Shown here: one piece after another, positions 53,401 to 64,000 of the stretch | Position numbering within the stretch: the first letter of the stretch is position 1 | Layout of the letters: each line of letters opens with the position of its first letter | From: Azolla caroliniana | Lineage: Eukaryota; Plantae; Polypodiophyta | Direction of reading: 5' to 3' | DNA length: 64,000 bases | Assembly (NCBI GenBank): GCA_043228905.1 | Contig: JBHGNT010000011.1 | Span: 20,398,001 to 20,462,000, forward strand | Notes under the pieces: model-generated | What the model was told of the DNA's origin: nothing | Seen by the model: only the letters and a program-made list of their open reading frames with translations | The model's database searches: none | Program-made: the position numbers and the translations under genes

Positions 53401-56400
53401 CCAACGAATTCCTGGATCGCGATTGTAAGTGACAACATCCTTTTTGTGTATTCTGCAAAAAGAAGGGTCATACAAAAGATCAATGTCGAAAGCTCCAACG
53501 GAAAGAGCACAACAACAAAGCTAAAGCTGCAGACCATAAAGGTCAGATTCCTAATGTCCTTCAGGTCTATACACATCATTTAAGTAATTGTCAATGTTCT
53601 TTCCCTCACTATGTATTGCGTCCCAATCATTTACTACGTGCAAACGGGTATATCAATGGATCTCCCGTACAATTTTTATTTGATTCGGGAAGCTCACACA
53701 ATTTTGTGAATGATCGTTTGGTTCAGATATGGGGAATCCAACCCACCGTAAGTGATCACACCTACACGGTGCACTTGGCTGATGGAAGTGTACAATACAT
53801 CAACGGGGCGATTCATTCATTAGGAATTTCTATTGATACTTATATAGAGGAAGTAGACTTCCATGTAATGAATCTTTGTACCACCGATGTAATACTGGGT
53901 TATCCCTGGTTTTATAATAAAAACTCTTCTTTATTTATTGATTGGGTTCGTCATTCCATTTCTTTTGTACTGAACGATTGTACGCATTTTATTCAATGTG
54001 TAAAAAAACAATCCCTCTCGATTGTTTCCTCGTGTCCATCAATATCTGAGTTGTCTTGTTCTGCGTTATTTTATTGTGTACTTGATCCGGACATTCACGT
54101 TTACAATATCGATAATATCCCGATTCAATTAACATATTTTGAACAACAACAACTTGATGAAATCTTAAATGATTTTCATGATGTTTTTCCAAGTGAACTA
54201 CCTGATGGGTTACCTCCTAAACATAATATAGACCATCGTATAGATATTGTACCTGGTGTTGCACCAATAAGTATACCTCCGTATCGCTTAAGTCGATCCG
54301 AAGAAGATGAGGTATCTAAGCAACTCAAGGACTATTTACGAATGGGTTATATACGTTATAGTAAATCTCCATGGGGTGCACCAGTTCTCTTGGTTAAAAA
54401 GAAAGAGGGCACATGGCGTATGTGTATTAATTACCGACGCTTGAATAAAGTGACGATCAAGAATTCGTATCCATTGCCCCGGGCTGACGATCTAATTGAC
54501 CGTCTCCAGGGAGCTCGGTATTTTACGAAACTTGATCACCGTACTGGCTACCATCAAATACGAATAAGTGAGGACGATGTTCCTAAAACGGCATTTCGTA
54601 CGCGCTATGGCCATTACGAGTTTTTGGTTATGCCTTTTGGTTTGACCAATGCTCCGGCTACTTTTCAACAAGAAATGAATGACATTTTCCGAGAACAACT
54701 TGGAAATTTTGTCGTTATTTTCTTGGATGATATTTTAGTTTATAGCCGTACATTACAAGAACATGCTAGACATGTCCGCTTTGTTTTACAAACATTGCGT
54801 GACAAACAGTTTTATGCGAAGATCTCAAAATGTGAGTTCTTCAAGAAATCAATTACTTATCTAGGACATCTCATAACCGAATGAGGAGTTGAAATTGATC
54901 CTTCTCGCATTGAGAAAATCAAGCTTTGGCCCACTCTTCGGAATATTCGAGAAGTTCGATCATTCCTTGGTTTTGTGGGGTTTTTGCGAAAGTCTCTTCG
55001 TAATTACTCCCAATTGACGACGCCGTTTACTGATCTTTTAAAAGGTCAAACGCGTAAGTCTACAAAACCTATTGTGTGGAATGCTACACTAGACCTCGCC
55101 TTTAAGGAACTCAAGGACCTGGTTTGCAAGGCTCCTTCACTTCTTTTACCTGATCCTTCAAAACCTTTTGAGGTTGAAACCGATGCAAGCGATTATGTTA
55201 TAGGTGCTGTCTTGTATCAAGATGGTAAACCAATAGCATTCGAGAGTAAGAAACTTGATTCTGCTCAATGTCGGTATACCGTTCAAGAAAAGGAATTATT
55301 TGCAGTTATACATGCGCTCAAAACATGGCGCCATTATCTTTATGGAAATCACTTTGTGGTAACTACGGACCACGAGTCCTTGAAATATTTTTGTGACCAA
55401 CAAGACCTGAAAGGTCGTAAGGCACGATGGGCTGATCTCATCCAGGACTTTGATTTTTCCATACGATATCGTAAAGGTTCCATGAACATTGTCGCTGATG
55501 CACTTAGCTTCACTGCAATATCATCATATCTTTATGATCACCTTCGAGGAAAGTATCCTGATGACAGTTATTTCGCAAAATACTGGGCAAGAGTTGAGTC
55601 TAGAACAGACACCACCACATGCTCGAAGGAATACTTCCACATTGCTAACGGTTTGCTCTACCGTAATGGGAAGGTTTGTGTTCCAGATTTACCCGAGGTC
55701 AAAAAGAGGATTCTTTTTGAATGCCATGATGCACCCTCAGCAGGGCACCCTGGAATACATCGTACACTCGTTCTCATCTCCACTCAATTTTATTGGCCTA
55801 AGATGCGTCCTGACATACATAGCTATGTGACTAAATGTGACTTAAAGCCGCAGGACTTCTACATCCCTTGGACATTCCCAATAATAAGTGGGAAAGTATA
55901 TCCATGGATTTTATTGTTAGCCTTCCTCGCACCCAAAAAGGTCATGATGCCATCTGGGTTGTCGTTGATCGACTAACTAAAATGGCCAGATTTATTGCTA
56001 CTAAAACCACGGTAACAACTCCTGAATTGGCTTACCAATTCGTTGACGAATTGTTTCGTTTTTATGGGTTACCGATGGATATCGTGAGTGATCGAGATCC
56101 AAAGTTTACTAGTGACTTCTGGACACAAGTCTTTAAGAAGTTAGAAACTACGTTGAGCATGAGCTCCACGGATCATCCTCAATCCGATGGACAAACAGAA
56201 CGAGTAAATCAAATTATTGAGGACATGCTTCGAGCATACGTTGGTGCAAAACCAACAAAATGGGAACGTTATCTCCCAATTTTGGAGTTTGCTTATAACA
56301 GCTCCAAGCATACGTCGACGGGATATAGTCCTTTTATGTTGATGTATGGTTTTCAGCCACGAGCCCCGATTGATGTTAATATACATCATGATGAGTTGCG

Positions 56401-56765
56401 AAGTACACAAAACTTTCTTCGGGATATGCAAGATATGTTGCATATTGCACGAGATAATATAAAAACAGCTCAAGATAGAGCGCGTTTTTATGCCGATCAT
56501 CATAGGCAACCTCGTGTATTCAACCTTGGACAGAAGGTATTTTTACGGGTACCTCACAATTCTAAGACACTGTCTACGGGTAAGTGCGCTAAGTTAGCCC
56601 CATGGTTTTGTGGACCTTTTACAGTCCTCAAACGCATTGGGTCATCAGCCTATCGTCTCGCTCTTCCTGATGGTGTCGGAATTCATTCAGTCTTTCATGT
56701 GAGTCGTCTAAAAGAACTTCTAGGTTCTGGCGACAATACAGTTACGACTGAAACTTTGGTTACTT
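50468..56765 (+). mobile_element. Ty3/Gypsy LTR retrotransposon (chromovirus-like): 5' LTR, PBS, long leader, single gag-pol frame with stops. The 3' end is lost in the assembly gap.
   Basis: LTR 50468-50922, PBS TGGTATCAGA 50925-50934, gag ATG 52608. [18 protein letters not shown], protease [25 protein letters not shown], RNase H VETDASDY, integrase CHDAPSAGHPG and ISMDFI, GPF motif. Domain order PR-RT-RH-IN. Confidence 0.95.
52608..56765 (+). pseudogene. Gypsy gag-pol polyprotein, disrupted
   Basis: In-frame TGA at 53088, 53430 and 54882, and a frameshift/deletion near 55840. Confidence 0.85.
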
Positions 56766-56865
56766 NNNNNNNNNNNNNNNNNNNNNNNNNNNNNNNNNNN
56801 NNNNNNNNNNNNNNNNNNNNNNNNNNNNNNNNNNNNNNNNNNNNNNNNNNNNNNNNNNNNNNNNN
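56766..56865. other. Assembly gap (100 N)
   Basis: Run of N characters. Confidence 1.
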
Positions 56866-57628
56866 ACTCACATGTACGCAACTTTATAAGGTTAGATAAG
56901 CTTTTATTATAGAGTTCTCATGTTCTTGAAATCTTGGATATGAAAAGAGTTTGCAACATAAATCATCCATTACAAATAGTTGTGCCCCTTCCAATAGTTT
57001 ATATTCGTTATTATATTAATGTCAATATATAAAATTTTATACAATATCAACATTCCTACTTAATTTATACCTAGGAAATACCTACATGATTTCCATGTAG
57101 TAACCAATTTTATTTTCGAAATTGATGAGTTCTTTATGACAAACTTCAACCAATACATGTCGTGATCATACGCGAGATGAAAACTGCATGATCTATGCAT
57201 TTCATCTATACATGATGGGCTCATTTATCTATCAATACATACTTTTAGGCACAAAATAAAATTAAAAAAGATACAAAATTCTAGCAAGGAGGGCCCGACC
57301 TAGTATATTGCTCAACATTGTGAACTGACTTGAGAGGTGTGCATTTGGTTTGTGCATACATAACCACCATGCTTTTTTATTTTAATACATGGCTTCTCAC
57401 TGTGTATGATGCTCCTTGTTTTCACTGATTTTGTGAATGCTATTGAATGTCGACATCGAAAGTAATGCGATCATTCCTTTTATTTGGTTTCTTTGTCGGT
57501 TTAAGTTGTCAAACAATTAGTGTGTACCTACACTTAGCTCATATGATGCTTAGTGTTAGATCTATCTTTTTCTTCGTCACGTTGCTAAAGTGTAATATTC
57601 AAGTAATCACAATGATGAGAGAGACAGA

Positions 57629-57664
<36 letters not shown>

Positions 57665-59969
57665 ACCAGTACTTGATTAATTTGGAATACAAGTCCAATA
57701 AAATATGCCTGCTCTTTTTCGCGTAGCTACATTAAGTTGGCACATTGAAGAGCAAGTAGGATTCCTTCCACGTTGTCGGTTGGAGATTTAAAGATGTAAA
57801 AAGGAACACACTACGTACATGTTCACTATATGGACAATATAATGACACCATGAAAGATCCCATTCAGCTACCATGGTCATTCAAATATCATTTACTCAAG
57901 CCTTGTATCTTTTTGTCATATTTCAGTTGCTACGTGAAATCATAGTTCTCGAAGTTTCTAATATGAAGAAAACAAAGGGAAAATGTATCCATTGTCCAAC
58001 TGGGCACAATTCATTAAATGTCAAGGTTTTTTAGCACGTTACAAAATTGTCTCATTGAAACCATATCAGTGTAGCTTTTCTATGCATGGTAAAGCTATTT
58101 GTGTGGGAAAGGAAACAGAGAACCATAAACATGAAGCACATCATGATGGTATTTCAAGACAATGAAGGAAATATATATTGTTTGATTGAATGTATTTTGT
58201 GCAAAAATAAAGTCCCATTTATTGATAATAAAGGACCATGAAGAAATAGAGTAAGCTATGGAATCCAATCTTTGGGATATATATATTTGAAAATGAGTGG
58301 ACACTCTCAAATCCATTGGAGTTCATGGACATTGTAATGGGATTGAATTCTGATCTAGTGGCAACTTGAATTTACTTTATGAAACTATGTTCCATAGCCC
58401 AAAATGTAGAAGTTCAGACACAAAATTCTTGTTTCACTAGTTGTAACGACTTATGTTGCATTGATTGTGGATATTTGTAAAGGCACATGTCTCTTGTGAT
58501 TGACTGAGAACTCATATTCAAACAAAGAATATATTCAAAATCTAGGGAATCAAATTGTTGTAACGTTTATCACATAAATCAAGAATCCTTGTGATCAAGA
58601 GGCCACATAGGGAATTCGATATAAACCCGAATATTAGGTAGTAATTAAATCTAGAACAACATCTCTTTCGGTGATGAACATTGAGATTGATGCTAACACT
58701 TACCTTTCGTCCTTTCTCGGATGATCTATACTTGTTGAGATGGAAAATATTATAGACTATTTGTATATTGGCTTTGGCCACTTTAATTTTAATACCAATG
58801 GAGGATATTTTTTATGGAAAAAAAAAAACCCGAATATTAGGCATGTAGGGAAGTTCACACTCTTAGAAGAAGCTTAAGGAATTGATGACAACATTGAACA
58901 ACGAAGTATTCAAAGGTGAGTGAGTTTATTAAACACCAACAAAACATGAGAACGTCTACAACCCATTGAACGTTGACAATCCCTCATGTGCATGATAAAA
59001 TATCATCACACAAACATAATATTAGCTATTTGCATCATGTCTCCATTGTTGTTTGATATATTTATGCCCTTAAATGATTAGATTATACTTTTGTCTCCAT
59101 TTATATACGGAGCAATCTATAGTTTTCATATGTTTAATTTAAATCACCTTAGAACCACAAAAGGAAGTTACGATTTTAATTTATATTCAATGTCTTATTT
59201 TATTTTATAGCTTCCGGCTAGACAAAAATTACATGCTACGCTATTTGTTTCGTTTAACAATCTTTAAATAAAGAGATTGAACCTAGGTGACGTCAAAAGA
59301 CAATAAACAAACATAAATTTAATGGAACGACTACGTAGAGTTTGAAGTAGGGCTTTAGATAAACATTTAGATCAACAATGATCTTCAAACAAAGTTTATT
59401 GCTTTCCCAACAAGTTTTAGGACATCCAAAATGTTGGACGAAAATGCCATATGATTAGATTTTGAATTGGTAAATCATTTGACGCTTTTAAATATCAAAA
59501 GCATTGGAATTTCTCTCTAGAATATGCGTCCACAAAAGTTTGTAAAATTTTTCAATGGTGCTCATTTTGCTACTTCGAACCTTTTGTAAAAGTTTGACAC
59601 GCCCCTCATTCTTTGGCTTTTTTGTGCCAAAAACTCTCGTACTACGCAAAATAGTGGACCACATTTATACATCTAGGTATTTAGATAGATGGATTGATAC
59701 ATAATTCACACTAAACTAAGAGAGAACATGTGAACTCAAATGACTATAGTTGACTTAATCAAGCTTAAAGAGACAATTTACAAACATAAAATTGATATAA
59801 TGATTCTTAGGAATTCAAAGGATAAGTTGTTTCCACATTACATGTATATGGAGATTGTAACTTGCACTCTTACTTTGTTAATACATAGATATGTCTATGA
59901 TAATAACACAAATGAATGTTCAAGCAAGTAATGGGAAAAAAACTTGTGCTCGAGACGACCATTGTTGGA

Positions 59970-60430
59970 GCTAGGAATTGGCAATGGTTCAATTTCAGCT
60001 TAACCGGTTTGGCATACTCCAAACCAAACCGGTTAAGCCTTAACCGGTTTGGGAGTTTTCAAACTCCAACCAAACCAACTCCTAAACTGGTTAAACATAT
60101 CAAAACTAAGTAATCCTTAAGCAGTTTGGGAACCAATTTAGCCCAAAATGGTTCGGTTCGGCTTGAGGCATCCCAAACCGAGCTCAAGCCTAAACCGAAC
60201 CTAAGTGCTAAACCGCCAAACCATTTTAAACGGTTTAAAATCATGTCGTAGTCACTCAAATACTGTACCAAAAAAGATACAACACGAGAGTAATGCTTTT
60301 ATACATAATTTACGGGACTTTAGATTCAATCTCCACGAATTCAATCTATCAATTTATTGCTAACATTTGTTCCTAACTTCTTAAAATTTAACATATAAAC
60401 ATGATTAAAACGAATAACAATTGCTCCTAG
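59970..60430. mobile_element. Possible hAT-type MITE remnant with AAACC(G) subterminal motifs
   Basis: Dense AACCGGTT/AAACCG/CGGTTT motifs and rough CTAGG...CCTAG ends. No convincing TSD. Confidence 0.4.
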
Positions 60431-63360
60431 TCATGTAGTTAGCTATGAAGGAAGCTAGTTATGGAGCTAGTATAAAGCGCCATGGTCATGCATTTACCAT
60501 TCAGGTGTTGTATATGACTCTCTTTAATCTCCTTCTAGCAAAGAATGTGCCCCTTTGTTGGAGTTCAAATCCTCTATTAAAGACATTTCACATTTGATTA
60601 GCCTACAACAGGTACTCTGTCAAACTAAATTGGAAGAAAAAGCAACGGAAGAGGTTTAAAGTTCTAAGGATTATGAAATTAGAAAACATAGCTCAAACTA
60701 GTAAGGTTTTTCCATAACCAAGGTTTCAATTCTATCTAAAATGAGGTCTCTCTTTGCCTACATAAGGTCTCCTCAAAGAGACTACCTTTTCTCCATATCT
60801 ACAAGAGTAAAATGTGAAATGAGGTTTCAATAGGCTACAAGAGTAAGTTAGATTGCAAGTCTTCCAAGGCTTGCAGTTTGCCTCTTAATAAACCCTAAAC
60901 CCTAAACCCTCTTAACACATTACACATTCAAAGCATTACAAGCAAATTGGAAAAATCAGAACTAACAGTAGAATTTGCTGCAAATAGTAGTGAACAGAAA
61001 GACTCACAAGAATGTTTCTATTAATAACCACGTATTGCCGCATTATCCTATGCTCTCTCATGGTCATGCAAAACATGAATGCTTCCACAGTAGGATCAGA
61101 AAGTACATTTAATCCTTCCCTACTCAAGAGAAGCAGTTATGCCCAATAAGCCAGATTCTCTTCTCCTCGAGGGTTAGAGGAAGTCAAATTTGTTTGTTTA
61201 AGGTACAAAATATTATTTGTTCACTTGCCCAGACGTGCCCATGGCACTAGTTGAGATGTGACCATTTTTCTTCACTTGGGGGGATTATGTGAGAGAGGAT
61301 GATGATGATAATGATAATCATCATGCCAACCACAGTTATAATGAATGTGATTCATACTACAAAACTATTTGCTATAAAAGAAAAAAAGCATTCCAAGGGT
61401 TACACTTCCTGTTCACCTAGAATCACCTAGACATGGCTTCCTTCTCTTCCACCCTTTATCTTACAAGAATAACAAATAATTTTGAAATGGTTGTGTTATC
61501 TAAAATAGTAATGCACTAGACTGTGTTAACATCAAACTTTATATCTATAGCTATGTTTGCAAGCTTCTCTTTTCATTTCTTGATTGATTGTATGCCTAAT
61601 TAGTTTCTTGAGGACAAATTTATAACTTTCATGACACAAGCATGCTATTAGATGTCTTGTCAACACCACAATGTTTTCGACCCACAACAATGTCATGAAC
61701 ATGGATTTTTAATGCAACCGAAAAAACTCTAAACATACTTCAAATTTAGGAATAAATGATATCTACAACAAAATATCCAACTCAATTGCCAATCATGATT
61801 AAATGTTTATCATTTCCACTATCAAAGTGTTTCTTATGACTAATCCATTTCAATTGCCAATGCAAGTTGAAATCCCCAAAAGATGTGCACTTATTATGTG
61901 TTGTTTTCGATTAACCCATCACAATTACTATCACAATGGAAGAAATCCAACGTTTAGAAAAGTGCACATCTAATGCTTACAATTAAGCCAATTCAATTAC
62001 AAGTACAAGTCAAGAAATTGAAGTTCCAAAAAGGTAGCGTCAATAATTATAATTTTCTATTTTTACCCTTGCTAAGAATGACTACTTGTCAACAATCAAA
62101 CCTTCACATTAAGTCATTGTCTCATCTCTACCAAATCATATTGTGAATTCATATAGTTAATGTAAACCTCCTTTTCACTTAACATTTACCACTTACCAAC
62201 ACAATTCTATTGTGATGCCAAAATATTTTTTAGAAGCATTCAGAAATATATCAATCTGAAATATATCTTCTAAGAGTAGCCTAATTATTTCTTATAAACA
62301 ATGAAGTTCATCTGACATCATTCATATATAATTAAACAAAAGGGGCAATCAAAGGATTAGCAGATCCAATATATAGGAATTTTGTTTTCGAATTACAGAG
62401 CTCCAATTAAAATAGCACATTTCGCAACACAAGGTATGCGCAATTTAAGACATCAAAAACAACCTACAATTGTTTTCTAAATGTGCTATTTTATATTGAG
62501 ATTTTCTGAATGTCTTTCTTTCACCACCTACATGCTAAAGAAAAAGTGTTGAGCCACCTGACAATATAGGTTCCTTCTTGCTACCTTCATTAGCAAGACA
62601 TATCTAAGTACATTCCTCAATGCGTCCTAGTTTATATATTTTTTATATGTTTATCTCTTCCATAAAATCATCAAGACATGTGTCATAACCATCATGGAAA
62701 AGTCGATTGAAACACCTTCTCAAATGTTAACTTCCCAAAAATAATGACAAAGAAGACGTGGACGCACATGTATATAAATCCACTTCACCAAACACTATCA
62801 TCTGCAAGAAGAAAAACATGACTAAATCACCATCAACATCATCGACACCACCACCATCACCATGCTCACGATAGATAAGACATTTCATGCCAATGCATAG
62901 GTTAACTGTTAAAGCATTCAATTCCCAGGTTTTACTATCACTCGTACACATCATCACATTACTTTACAAGAAAAGGAAATTTTCACACCCTAGAGGCTTA
63001 CAAAAATGAATCATTTTCACTACCTCATAACTTTCCTAATGGAGTTGCAGACAGTACCCTCATCATGGTATTCTTGTTCAGAAAACGCTTGTTTGATTAT
63101 GTTTACAAAAAAAGGAACATGGTGCAAATGTTTGTGCAGACTGCAAAACTCTTTCTTTGGTTGATTGATTGGATATGAATATTCACACGACTGAATATTT
63201 GTATGATCTTTAACTTTGCAAATACAATGGAAATAATGCATTCTAAGATTACATTCTGCAAAAAAATAATTACATGAAATTCCAAAACCAAATTAATTCC
63301 ATTACCTCTCTCAATGCTGCTTGAAGGTGACTTGCACTACAGAGGCGCTATAAGTGTAAG

Positions 63361-63949
63361 CTAACTATGAACATGAAAGCATCGAAGATGTGGGAAAAGT
63401 TTGAGAAGGTCCACCTTCGATCGCTTCTGCATAAATTTTACGTTATTGAAGACATTGGTACACATAGCACATATAAAGTTAGTTCAGGAAAAGATAGTTT
63501 ACTCTGATATTTGCACATCCATTTACATCTAGCGTTGTAAGTGTTGCAGAGCATGTGGAAGAAAGGCTTTTAAGTGTTTCATCGGTGACCCCGAGCAAGC
63601 CATGCAAGCTATGTATCCAAAATTATACCCAGAGAGCATAAACAAGGCATTTCTTTAGTGAAAGAAAGATTATCATACAATGAACTTATTGAATACCTTA
63701 AAAATTGAAGGTTGTAACAAGCCTCATTGATTGCCTTGATGCCACGATCTGTCACCTTCACACACCTTTCATCAGACGCACAGGTAATCATTACAACTCA
63801 AAAGGATTACAATGGATTAGCACCAAATGCACTATTTTCTTTAATATATATGATATGAAAAAATTGATGTGAATATACCATGTGAAGTTCAAGGACTGAA
63901 GAACTTTACATCTTGCCAAGCCTTGAGAAAGACCATCATCTGTTAAATT
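63361..63949 (-). CDS. F-box/LRR-repeat protein (At3g58530-like), last four coding exons; the gene begins beyond the window end
   Basis: Exons 63949..63879, 63765..63697, 63608..63503 and 63426..63361 join in frame: NLTDDGL...LNFTWCVKVTDRGI...LSLHGLLGVTDETL...TLDVNGCANIRKRS...LFPHLRCFHVHS*. The F-box itself lies outside the window. Confidence 0.82.
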
Positions 63950-64000
63950 CTGCATTGGTAATGCCACTAGGTTTGGAACTTGAACTTGACTAGGTTTGGA

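Noticed and set aside
57705-57762. miRNA-like hairpin
   Set aside because: The stem is short and heavily mismatched, and I recognise no conserved plant miRNA in it.
60890-60910. Interstitial telomeric repeat (AAACCCT)3
   Set aside because: Only three units and no nearby gene start, too short to interpret.

Overview
AT-rich land-plant nuclear DNA. It is probably from a seed-free plant such as a fern (inference from gene content, chiefly an intact PKA catalytic-subunit-like gene). I reconstructed seven host genes by hand, six of them from GT-AG exon chains: the 5' part of a dynamin-related DRP3 gene (-), an intronless oleosin-like ORF (-), an Mpv17/PMP22 gene (-), a 12-exon PKA-C-like kinase (+), an RFI2/IPI1-like RING-H2 E3 ligase (-), a CCR-like reductase (+) and the 3' end of an F-box/LRR gene (-). 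Between and inside them lie LINE remnants, Copia remnants, two probable solo LTRs, a Mutator-type MITE and a near-intact Ty3/Gypsy element cut by a 100-N gap. The most notable signals are the PKA-C gene with a possible alternative first exon; a Gypsy 5' leader that looks like a splice-out intron full of stem-loops, including a five-unit hairpin array; a 54-bp double-hairpin array in an LTR promoter; four closely spaced G-boxes; and an oleosin lacking the first proline of its proline knot. No database searches were run. Family assignments rest on recognised motifs.
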